From positions 80,064-144,063 of the forward strand of contig JAVVGF010000001.1 in assembly GCA_032249235.1 (NCBI GenBank): a stretch of 64,000 nucleotides of DNA, given 5' to 3'. The position numbers were made by a program, and so were the translations under genes. The notes below the pieces were generated by a model. It worked only from the letters and a program-made list of their open reading frames with translations, was not told the origin of the DNA and did not search any database. How positions within the stretch are numbered: position 1 is the stretch's first letter; each line of letters starts with the position of its first letter. This document shows, one piece after another, positions 18,871-28,840 of this stretch. This stretch comes from Thermoproteota archaeon. GTDB taxonomy: Archaea; Thermoproteota; Thermoprotei; Gearchaeales; Gearchaeaceae.

Positions 18871-20220
18871 ATGTCTTGTCCAGTTTATTCAAGATACGCC
18901 ACAAAAGAAATGCTATCGATATTCAGCGAGGAAGCAAAAATTGAAAGATGGTTAAAAGTTGAAGCTACTTTAGCTAGAGCTCAAGCTGAACTAGGAATGA
19001 TACCCAAAGAAGCTGCAGAGGAAATAGCTAAGAAAGCTAATTTGAAATTTGTTAAAATCGAGAGAATTAAAGAAATTGAAAAAGAAATTGACCATGATCT
19101 ATTAGCTGTAGTTAATGCATTAGCTGAAGTATGTGAAAAGGATTATGGAAGATTTGTACATAAAGGCGCAACGAGCTATGACATCGAAGATACTGCATGG
19201 GCATTAGCATTCAAAGATGCCTTAAATTTAATAAAGAAGAGATTAGAAGAATTATTGTCAATTTTGCTAAGAAGAGCAAGGGAAAATATAGATTTGGTAT
19301 GCATAGGGAGAACTCATGGACAACATGCTTTGCCTACAACTTACGGAATGAAGTTTGCTCTATGGAGCTATGATATTTATAGGATTCTTCAAAGACTTGA
19401 TTTCTTTTTAGAATTGGATATACTTGGAAAAATGAGTGGTGCTGTAGGAACAATGGCTGCTTTTGATGAAAAAGGAATTGAATTACAATCTAAAGTTATG
19501 GAATTATTAGGAATGAAACCTGCTTTAATATCTAATCAAGTAGTTCAAAGAGATGCTTTTGCTGATATCATATATCTTGTTGCCTTGACTTCTTCTTGTT
19601 TAGAAAAGATAGCAAAAGAAATAAGGAATTTGCAAAGAACTGAAATAGCAGAAGTAATGGAACCTTTTCATACTAAACAAGCTGGTTCTTCAACAATGCC
19701 GCACAAAAGGAATCCGCATAGATCAGAAAGAATTTGTAGCTTAGCTAGATATCAAAGAGCACTAGTTCAAGTAGCTTTAGAAAATATAAGCTTAGAACAT
19801 GAAAGAGACTTGACGAATAGTGCAAATGAAAGAATAATGCTTAGTCATTCATTCATGTTATTAGATTTTATGTTAAAAGAAATGATCGAGATAATTTCTG
19901 GTCTTGAAATAAATTATACAAACGTTAAAAAGAATTTGGAACTCTTGAATGGAATTTATATGGCTGAGCGTGTAATGCTAAAGCTTGTTGAAAAAGGACT
20001 TTCAAGAAATGTAGCATATAACTTAGTTAAAGATTTAGCTATAAAGTCTTATCAAGAAAATTTGAATTTTGCAGAGGAACTTGCAAACAATGAAATTATA
20101 AGAAATTATTTAACGCAACAAGAAATAAAAGATCTTTTAAATCCTTATACATACATAGGTCAAGCAAAAAAGATTGTAGAAAATGTAATTTCAGAAATTG
20201 AGAAAAAATTGAAAAATTAG
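18871..20220 (+). CDS. purB: adenylosuccinate lyase
   Basis: The fumarate-lyase signature 'GSSTMPHKRNP' is present. The 449-aa length fits, and the N-terminal 'YSRYATKEM' is typical of PurB. Confidence 0.9.
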   Translation: MSCPVYSRYATKEMLSIFSEEAKIERWLKVEATLARAQAELGMIPKEAAEEIAKKANLKFVKIERIKEIEKEIDHDLLAVVNALAEVCEKDYGRFVHKGATSYDIEDTAWALAFKDALNLIKKRLEELLSILLRRARENIDLVCIGRTHGQHALPTTYGMKFALWSYDIYRILQRLDFFLELDILGKMSGAVGTMAAFDEKGIELQSKVMELLGMKPALISNQVVQRDAFADIIYLVALTSSCLEKIAKEIRNLQRTEIAEVMEPFHTKQAGSSTMPHKRNPHRSERICSLARYQRALVQVALENISLEHERDLTNSANERIMLSHSFMLLDFMLKEMIEIISGLEINYTNVKKNLELLNGIYMAERVMLKLVEKGLSRNVAYNLVKDLAIKSYQENLNFAEELANNEIIRNYLTQQEIKDLLNPYTYIGQAKKIVENVISEIEKKLKN

Positions 20221-20225
20221 CAAAT

Positions 20226-20765
20226 CTAAGTTTTCCAAACTATACTACATCCAAACGGTCTAGTTATTGGTTCTTGGATATCTTTACCTTCTAATAATGA
20301 ATCTAAAGCTTTTCTAAGATCGTTGCTCTTAACTAAACTAGGATTTCTATTGTCATCAATCCTTCCTTGATATCTAAGTTGCCTTTTTTCATCAAAGACA
20401 AATACATGCGGAGTGCATATAGCTCCTAACTGTTTAGCTAATTCCTGAGATTCGTCTTTCAAATAAGGGAAATTATAGCCTTTTGCAATAGCTCTCTTTT
20501 TCATTTCTTCAATATTTTCATCATATCCTGCATTTGAATTTATCGCAATTACTTGAACGCCCTTGTTTCCATAATCCTTTTGGATTTGAATGATTCTATC
20601 TTCATAATCTCTATAAACTGGACATTTGTTTGAAGCAAATATAAGAACCAAGATTTTCTTATCCTTGAAATCTACTTCGCTTATTTCTTTTCCATAAATA
20701 TCTTTTAGTTTAAAGCTAGGCATCGAATCTCCTATTTTCATTTTGAAAGATGGAGAAACGCTCAT
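20226..20765 (-). CDS. thioredoxin-fold protein (redoxin/AhpC-TSA-like)
   Basis: 'ILVLIFASNKCPVY' and 'LGAICTPHVFVFDEKRQLRYQGRIDD' follow the redoxin layout. Confidence 0.55.
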   Translation of the reverse strand: MSVSPSFKMKIGDSMPSFKLKDIYGKEISEVDFKDKKILVLIFASNKCPVYRDYEDRIIQIQKDYGNKGVQVIAINSNAGYDENIEEMKKRAIAKGYNFPYLKDESQELAKQLGAICTPHVFVFDEKRQLRYQGRIDDNRNPSLVKSNDLRKALDSLLEGKDIQEPITRPFGCSIVWKT

Positions 20766-20785
20766 AGTAATATTTTTAATTTGCT

Positions 20786-21142
20786 GTGTTTATTTGTTTT
20801 ATGGCTTTATCTACTGTGCCTTTGGATAAAGTAAAGAAGGACATCGTAAGTATTTTGAAAAGCTTAGGAATAGATGCAGAAGAAGTTGCTTCTTGCATTG
20901 CAAACATAAAGAAAAGAAAGGGGTATACTACATATATCTATTCACATGAATATGCTTCTTTAGAATCAAGATTAAGGGCGTTTATCGAAGATGTTGAATA
21001 TAAACAATTAAAAAGCAAAGTATATGTTTGGTCTGAATATGAAGGTCAATACAGATATGTTCAAGTTGGATACTTTTTACCGAAAACAGATGAAGGTTTA
21101 ACGCAGCTTGTTGTTCTTACTGTAGGCGTAGCGCAAGCATAA
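20786..21142 (+). CDS. hypothetical protein
   Basis: The 118-aa ORF lies between two minus-strand genes and has no recognisable motif. Confidence 0.3.
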   Translation: MFICFMALSTVPLDKVKKDIVSILKSLGIDAEEVASCIANIKKRKGYTTYIYSHEYASLESRLRAFIEDVEYKQLKSKVYVWSEYEGQYRYVQVGYFLPKTDEGLTQLVVLTVGVAQA

Positions 21143-22265
21143 ATGTCAAAGTTAAGATAGAAGAAATGACCAAAGCAGCAAGAGATAGCAAATAAGGATA
21201 GAAAATACCAAAGTTTAATAAAATTCCTGAAAAGCTTGCTCCAATAGCAACACCTGCTAAAGTAAAAATCTGTAATATCCCGCTTGCAGTACCTCTTCCC
21301 TCTTGACCTACAGATGAAACTATATAACTAGATGTCAAGAAAGCAAATCCTAAGGCTATACCCCAGATCGGAGATGCAACAATTAAATATAAGTTTATGT
21401 TCGTAATCATTACTAAATTAGCGATTAAGCCTATAATTGAGGCTATTAAAAGAGAAATTAATGGATTCTTTCTTTCGCATATATAGCTGGATAAGAAGTA
21501 TGCAGGTATACCAACTAGTCCTGAAATAGTTAGAAATATTCCAACATATGCTCCTGCAGTTTCTTTTTTAAGGTTGAGTAATTGTTGAAGTGTCAAGCCT
21601 AGGCTTCCTGTTATAACACCGTTGAATAAATAAACAGAAAACATTGTAAGGAATGCGGGAATTAACAATTTAGAATTTAGCTTAACCTGCCTAACGGAAT
21701 CAGGCAATCTAAATCCTGCAACTTCTTTTATTCTTTGGGCATAAATTAGATAAAACGTTATTAGATGAATTAATATCAGAATAACAAAGACATATCTAAA
21801 ACCTAAGTATAGCGTAGTAAAAGAGGATAAGAGTGCTCCTATTACGACGCTTATTGAAATTAAGCTATAGAACAATGAAAGAGGATAACCTCTTTTCCTG
21901 AATTGATCACCTATAATAGCTATTGCAGAGGGGAATATGATCGAATCGAAGAATGCATGTACAGATCTAGCTATAATCAATAGTGAATAATTGAAAGCTA
22001 AAAAATATATCAAGAAGGCTATGATATCGCCTGGTATGGCTATCATTAAGGCTTTTCTTCTTCCAATTCTATCGACTAAGTATCCCAAAGGAAAACTTAC
22101 AAAAATGGCTACAATGGAATATAGTCCTGCAATGAAGCCTGCAATAGCAGAACTTGCACCTAATTGAGATGCATACGTAGAAATAATGGGAGAGATCATA
22201 GAAGTATCTATAATGCTAGCAAATCCTAGAAAAGCGATGATTGGTAATATTCTCTGTGTCTGCAT
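21117..22265 (-). CDS. MFS transporter
   Basis: The 382-aa protein has 12 predicted TM helices and a 'GYLVDRIGRRKALM' loop 2-3 motif. Confidence 0.8.
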   Translation of the reverse strand: MQTQRILPIIAFLGFASIIDTSMISPIISTYASQLGASSAIAGFIAGLYSIVAIFVSFPLGYLVDRIGRRKALMIAIPGDIIAFLIYFLAFNYSLLIIARSVHAFFDSIIFPSAIAIIGDQFRKRGYPLSLFYSLISISVVIGALLSSFTTLYLGFRYVFVILILIHLITFYLIYAQRIKEVAGFRLPDSVRQVKLNSKLLIPAFLTMFSVYLFNGVITGSLGLTLQQLLNLKKETAGAYVGIFLTISGLVGIPAYFLSSYICERKNPLISLLIASIIGLIANLVMITNINLYLIVASPIWGIALGFAFLTSSYIVSSVGQEGRGTASGILQIFTLAGVAIGASFSGILLNFGIFYPYLLSLAALVISSILTLTFMLALRLQ

Positions 22266-22328
22266 TATCTACATCTTCTTTGTTTTAAAATTAATAAATG
22301 ACTATATTCAGGAATATACAACTTAATA

Positions 22329-24041
22329 CTAATAGCCAGGTATATCTAATTTTAATAAGCTTTTTTCATAGTAATCCTTTATTTCTTTTGTAAACTCCTT
22401 ATAATCTATGATATTTAGTATAGCAGGTAGTCTTATAGCTTCACCATATACAAGAGCCTCTTTTCTTTTTAAATTTGAAATGACAGGAATGAACAAATTT
22501 TGAAATTTTAATCCGCGTGTGCATGCTTCAATATCTTTTTCACTGGTTAATGTGAAAATGAAATAATTCCAAAGCATTGCTAAAACATCTTCATGAATTT
22601 GCGAAGGTCTTTGATCAATTATGCAAAGAACAATACCTCTTTTCCTTAGTTCTCTTGCAATGTTTCCAAATGCGGTTTTGTAATAAAGTTCGCCAGATAA
22701 AAACTTATGAGCTTCTTCAAGGAAAATAATCAATTTATACTTGAGCTGTTTGCCTTCCATTATATCGCTTATAGCTCTCTGCCATATCTTTTTAGATAAA
22801 AGATGTGCGATCAACGTATAAACTCTTGCATCATCTCCATATCTTCCAAAGCTTATTATAATGCTTCTTTCGCCTTTAAATAGCTCCTCTACGATTTCTT
22901 TCACACAATCTTTCTTATTTGGATTTAAGAATTCATATCTTCTTAATTGATTTAATCTAACTTTTCCTGATCTAAATGACTGTACAGCTCCAGCTCCTAG
23001 CTTTTGTATCTCTTCTTCAATTTTACCTTCTAAATATGCTTTCCTCTTTTCAAAATCTTCTCTATTTTCAAAAAATCCCAACAAATACAATATCCAAGTA
23101 TGATCCTTTTTGTAAATTTCATCTCTCAGAACGCTATCCTTTTCGAATATTTGATTGATTATTCTTCTGTAGCTACCTAAATAATCTATGAATGCATCTG
23201 ACAAATTCAAATTTTCTTTTAAAATTTCTATATCTTCCATTGTGAGCTCTTTAGGGTCAATCGTAAATTCTTCTAAACCAAACTCTCTAGCTAAAATCGA
23301 ATCAGGTGTATATACTTTAAAATCGTTCTTAAAAAGCAATCCAACACCATCTGCATAGTCGTTACCATGCATATCTTTTACTTTTAGCCCATACTCGCTA
23401 TGCATATCGAATATTAAAAGCTTCGTTTTCTTATCTTGATCATGAAATCTATTCGTTAAAATAATCAATGAAGCTAAGATATTGCCTAAATGAGTCTTAC
23501 CTGTCCCAGATTTTCCAAATATACCGAAGGATCCTCTAGTTATTAATTCAACGTTAATGGGTATTTTAACCTTTAAGTCTAATTCTTTTATTGCATGCTT
23601 TGTATATCCTATGCCCCAACTTGTCTTATTATCCATTTTTCCATAGAAATTCTCTATATCTTCCTCTTTCGGTAAATAAATTCTACTTTCATGTACAGGA
23701 ATTGTATCTACTTCTTCAACACTACTTTGGTTTGTTTGAGCTAAAGGTATTATTAAAAATGAAGTTGAAAACTTACCTAAATTACTATAGGTCTTTATAG
23801 TCGTTTCAGCAATTTTTTTGCTTTCTCCTTCTTTAGCTAGTTGTTTAGCTAATTCACTAGCTTTATCTGAACCTGATGAATGGAAGATCTCGGCTACTAA
23901 ACCCAAATATTTTCTCTTTGCACCTTCAACTACTATCAATGAGTTTGTTGCAATATCTTCTGTTAAGTTATAATCCTTTAATTGAGCAGTTAACCCACGT
24001 GTAGAGCTTGCATCAACTATATAAGCGAATTCTTTATCCAT
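22329..24041 (-). CDS. herA: HerA-like hexameric DNA helicase/ATPase
   Basis: An N-terminal HAS-barrel-like region ('YIVDASS...LIVVEGAKRKYLGLVAEI'), a Walker A 'GIFGKSGTGKTHLG', and 'IIFLEEAHKF' plus 'CIIDQRPSQI', the FtsK/HerA-type Walker B and sensor region, are present in 570 aa. Confidence 0.7.
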   Translation of the reverse strand: MDKEFAYIVDASSTRGLTAQLKDYNLTEDIATNSLIVVEGAKRKYLGLVAEIFHSSGSDKASELAKQLAKEGESKKIAETTIKTYSNLGKFSTSFLIIPLAQTNQSSVEEVDTIPVHESRIYLPKEEDIENFYGKMDNKTSWGIGYTKHAIKELDLKVKIPINVELITRGSFGIFGKSGTGKTHLGNILASLIILTNRFHDQDKKTKLLIFDMHSEYGLKVKDMHGNDYADGVGLLFKNDFKVYTPDSILAREFGLEEFTIDPKELTMEDIEILKENLNLSDAFIDYLGSYRRIINQIFEKDSVLRDEIYKKDHTWILYLLGFFENREDFEKRKAYLEGKIEEEIQKLGAGAVQSFRSGKVRLNQLRRYEFLNPNKKDCVKEIVEELFKGERSIIISFGRYGDDARVYTLIAHLLSKKIWQRAISDIMEGKQLKYKLIIFLEEAHKFLSGELYYKTAFGNIARELRKRGIVLCIIDQRPSQIHEDVLAMLWNYFIFTLTSEKDIEACTRGLKFQNLFIPVISNLKRKEALVYGEAIRLPAILNIIDYKEFTKEIKDYYEKSLLKLDIPGY

Positions 24042-24696
24042 GTTTATTTATTTTCAATGCTTTTTCAAATGCTCTATTCACAGAATCTATGAGATCTCCA
24101 AGATAGTTTTCTTCCAAATTATTATGTAGCGTTCTTAAAAGTATGTACATTTCCTCTTCATTAAAATATTTCATAAGATTTCTAAAATAAACTTCGAGAA
24201 AATAATTGAATAAGTTCCTTTCGTCGCTTGGCAAAGTGTTATATATAATCGGTATATAACGAATTCCTTCTTCATTTATCAAATGCATATCCCTTATCAA
24301 TTCCTTATCAGGAATAAAAACGAGATCATGGATAAGTGGGATTTTATTAGGTCTTCCTTGTTTTATTCCATTACTATCTACATATGCTACTATAATAGCT
24401 CCGCATGTTATAGCGAATTTATCAAGAATGTCTTTATAATCCATACCTAATTCTTCTCTCTTTCTTCTTAATGGTTTTAGTCTATCAGTAAGAGGGATTA
24501 AAGGCTCGATTGCTTGAGACGTAACAATTCCGATATGAATTTCATCTCCTGCTAGAGCTGCTACAAATGAAGAATAATCTGGAATGTGATAGAAATCATA
24601 AAGTTGGAATTCAAAATACTTATGTTGTGCTTTTAATATTTCTCCTATTGCTTCCTTTGATTCTTTACTCTTGAATATTTCAACCCAATTTTTCAT
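24034..24696 (-). CDS. hypothetical protein inserted between nurA and herA
   Basis: The 220-aa ORF shows no motif I can assign. It overlaps both neighbours by 4-8 nt, consistent with co-translation. Confidence 0.5.
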   Translation of the reverse strand: MKNWVEIFKSKESKEAIGEILKAQHKYFEFQLYDFYHIPDYSSFVAALAGDEIHIGIVTSQAIEPLIPLTDRLKPLRRKREELGMDYKDILDKFAITCGAIIVAYVDSNGIKQGRPNKIPLIHDLVFIPDKELIRDMHLINEEGIRYIPIIYNTLPSDERNLFNYFLEVYFRNLMKYFNEEEMYILLRTLHNNLEENYLGDLIDSVNRAFEKALKINKHG

Positions 24697-25811
24697 ATTA
24701 TTCTTAACAGTTTTCTTTCAAGCTTTTTGCTCATCTTAACAGGATATATACCAGGAAGTTCCTTATCTAGCATGCTTAAAATGAATCTTTTTTCTCTTTC
24801 AGATAAATAAGCTTGTTCATGTGCTCTTTCCATGCAATATGGATAACCGCCGCCTATTATGCTTTGTAAAAACACGATTTTGCTTATTTCATCTACCATG
24901 TTTTCAAGTTCTTCAGGAATTTCTACACGAAGTACGTTTCCTTCAGATACTTTAATGTAAAACGTATAGATTGTTTTATTAATCAGAGTGCATGGTAAGT
25001 TTTCAATCTTCAAAAGAGGGCTTCTTTGACCCACTTTAAGGATCTTATCGAAAAGTTGTTTATCGCTGATCTTTATTTCCTCTAGCTTGGTATCTTTATT
25101 AAGGAAATTTATAAAAGGTCTAGCCATACTATAAAAGACTGCAATAGGATAAGTTCCTTTTTTAATCATCAAGTTTATGTTTTCAAATAATTTCTCCATT
25201 ATTTTTTCAATAACATTTTCTTTCATGCTAGCAAGAAAACTGGAAGATAAACTTTCATCTAAGAAAACGTAGGAGCCTTTTATATCTATCCTTTTGCTAA
25301 TTTCTTCAATTATATTTGCATATTCCTCCAATCTTAAATATTGTAGAATCCAAGAAGAAATCCTGCTTTCCTCGATTATTTCCTCAACTTTTTTCTTTGT
25401 ATAAAACTTTGGAATGCTCTCTTCTAGGTATTGATTTTTTTCATAATCGTAGAAGAAATAGCCAATATTTATTAAGATGAAATAAGGCGTGATATGATGA
25501 GAAGTCATTTCGCTAGTATCTAATGCAAGTACTTTTTTATTCCTTATTCTATCGAAAGCCCATCTATTTTCGCTCAGATTTTGATTTATGTTAGTTATAT
25601 CAATGCAATTCTTGAATTTGATCCCCTCAACTGGATAAGCAAACTCCTTTCTTTTATCCTTGATAAGCCAACTCTCTAATGCTTCATCCTTAAATTCAAA
25701 ATAAGCTTTTTTAAGTCTATCAAGAACATTTTTCTCAAGTTCCATATCTTCAATTAAATCTGAGCTTACTTTCTTAATCACTTTTATAATTAAAGCTTGA
25801 TTCAGCATCAA
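24693..25811 (-). CDS. nurA: NurA-like 5'-3' nuclease
   Basis: The 372-aa protein has 'VLALDTSE' and 'VFLDESLSS', which resemble NurA motifs I and III (DGS / DGSL) with substitutions. It is in an operon with herA. Confidence 0.5.
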   Translation of the reverse strand: MMLNQALIIKVIKKVSSDLIEDMELEKNVLDRLKKAYFEFKDEALESWLIKDKRKEFAYPVEGIKFKNCIDITNINQNLSENRWAFDRIRNKKVLALDTSEMTSHHITPYFILINIGYFFYDYEKNQYLEESIPKFYTKKKVEEIIEESRISSWILQYLRLEEYANIIEEISKRIDIKGSYVFLDESLSSSFLASMKENVIEKIMEKLFENINLMIKKGTYPIAVFYSMARPFINFLNKDTKLEEIKISDKQLFDKILKVGQRSPLLKIENLPCTLINKTIYTFYIKVSEGNVLRVEIPEELENMVDEISKIVFLQSIIGGGYPYCMERAHEQAYLSEREKRFILSMLDKELPGIYPVKMSKKLERKLLRII

Positions 25812-25838
25812 TCTAAAATGAACAAATCAATATTTATG

Positions 25839-26368
25839 TTAGCTTTTTTTCAAAACTTTAATTAGCTCATTATATAGCTCATTAAAAATTCTGTTCCAGT
25901 TTTCTCTTGTTAAAAAGATCAATTTCTTTTCTCCTATAACCATGTTCGCGTAGTTCAAATATTTTCTATGCAATGTTGCAAGCAAATGTTTTTCAGACCT
26001 TAATATTTTTTCAATAGTTATTTTAAAATTAATGCTCATGAATTCCATTGCACCAATTTCATCACAAACAATTAAATCGCTTTCATTTAATGCTCTCTCT
26101 AAAGCTTTTACACCTATTTCTTCTAAATCTTTTAGGTTTATTATATAAGCGCCAAACTTAGGTCCTTGGAATATTTGTTCTTTTGATGCCAAAATTCCCT
26201 TTTCATTATATTTCAAATCTAGAATGCTAAAGCCTATTCTTGTATTATTTTTTCTTATTTCCTGCGTTACGAATCCATCATATTTTATTCCTTCAGTCTT
26301 TAGTTTCTCTATCAAGTTAAGTATTAATGTAGTTTTACCTGATCCAGGCTCGCCTGTTATTAACCATT

Positions 26369-26378
<10 letters not shown>
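25839..26378 (-). CDS. nucleoside-triphosphatase THEP1 family
   Basis: The 179-aa protein has 'WLITGEPGSGKTTLI' (P-loop), 'DGFVTQEIR' and 'LIVCDEIGAME'. Confidence 0.7.
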
Positions 26379-27511
<1,133 letters not shown>

Positions 27512-27518
27512 CTAATTG

Positions 27519-28325
27519 CTAATTCTCATTTAATATAATATCTTTTATTTTTTTAGCCAACTCTTCGTTATTCGTAACAAGAACAGCAACTCTCTTATTT
27601 TCTAGAATACTTACTTTATTTAAATCATCATTTAAGATTTCAACATATCCTCCTGCATTTTTAACCATGAACATTCCTCCTACTATATCAAGTAATCTTA
27701 CTCTAGGTGTAGGAACAATGAATGCATCTAACTTTCCTGATGCAACGTATGCTAAATCTAATGCTATTGCTCCGAAAAACCTAATATATCTAATAGCTTC
27801 GAGTATTTTATTCAAAGTCTTACCATATATAATGGTTTCTTTCGTCAGCTTAACATCAATGCTCGCAATTACTTCATTTAGATCAACTGTCTTAGAAGTC
27901 TTAACCTCTTTACCGTTTAGATAAGTTTTATTACCGTCTGAAATGAACATATCTCCACGAATTAAGTCAATAGTTCCCGATATTATAATATCTTGAAATC
28001 TTTCTCCTTTTGCTAATACTAATGTAGTTGCACAAAATGGTAAGTCTCTAAAGGTATTGGTGCTTCCATCTACAGGATCAACGATTGCAATTCCTTCCCC
28101 ATAACCTTCAATTATTCCTTTTTCTTCTGACAAAATTTTACCTACTTTATCTTTTAATTCGTTGATAATGACCTCTTCAACATATTCATCAAAATAAAGC
28201 GTTATGTCACCTCCATATCCTTTTTTAATCTTTTCTTTGAACTTTTGAGACTGTTTTACTTCATGGAACGCATTATATGCTTTATTCAATATATTTTCAG
28301 CCAGCTCAATGTAATTCATATGCAA
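27519..28325 (-). CDS. suhB: inositol monophosphatase / fructose-1,6-bisphosphatase family protein
   Basis: 'IVDPVDGSTNTF' and 'LDLAYVASGKLDAF...KNAGG' are IMPase-family motifs. Confidence 0.75.
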   Translation of the reverse strand: MHMNYIELAENILNKAYNAFHEVKQSQKFKEKIKKGYGGDITLYFDEYVEEVIINELKDKVGKILSEEKGIIEGYGEGIAIVDPVDGSTNTFRDLPFCATTLVLAKGERFQDIIISGTIDLIRGDMFISDGNKTYLNGKEVKTSKTVDLNEVIASIDVKLTKETIIYGKTLNKILEAIRYIRFFGAIALDLAYVASGKLDAFIVPTPRVRLLDIVGGMFMVKNAGGYVEILNDDLNKVSILENKRVAVLVTNNEELAKKIKDIILNEN

Positions 28326-28357
28326 GACTTATAAGAATTCTTAACTCTATATAAATT

Positions 28358-28840
28358 GTGCTTCCTGAAGCAATAGAAAAACTTTTTGAAGAAGCTCTAG
28401 TTGCTGAGTTCGCAACTATAGATCATCATGGTATAATTCATGTTCATCCAATGTTACCTTTGTATAAAAAAGGTCAAGGATATTTGGTTTTCACTTCAAG
28501 CATTTTATTCAGTAAGAAAGTAGAGTACATAAGAGAAAATCCAAAAGTCTCTGTTTTCTTCAATAATGAAGCAGGTGTTAGAACTAAAGAATATTTTCCA
28601 GTCTTAGTCAAAGGTTTAGCAAGCTATGATGATTCAGATATCCATGAAAAATGGATGAAATATTTAGATTTATGGAAAAGAAAAGAACCATACATTGGTA
28701 AGTTATTAAAACAGAGATTTGCATTGCCTCTTTTCTGGGAAAGAGTGATCATAGAAGTAAAACCTATCAAGATTTATGCATGGAGGAATGGAGCTATAAA
28801 TGAAGAACCAATAGTAATCGATGCTGAAAATGAGATTTGA
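28358..28840 (+). CDS. pyridoxamine-5'-phosphate-oxidase-like FMN-binding split-barrel protein
   Basis: 'FATIDHHGIIHVHPM' and 'IRENPKVSVFF' follow the PNPOx-like pattern. Confidence 0.6.
   Translation: MLPEAIEKLFEEALVAEFATIDHHGIIHVHPMLPLYKKGQGYLVFTSSILFSKKVEYIRENPKVSVFFNNEAGVRTKEYFPVLVKGLASYDDSDIHEKWMKYLDLWKRKEPYIGKLLKQRFALPLFWERVIIEVKPIKIYAWRNGAINEEPIVIDAENEI

Noticed and set aside
23591-23800. Plus-strand ORFs at 22976-23158 and 23591-23800 inside herA
   Set aside because: They are antisense to a 570-aa ORF that has clear ATPase motifs.
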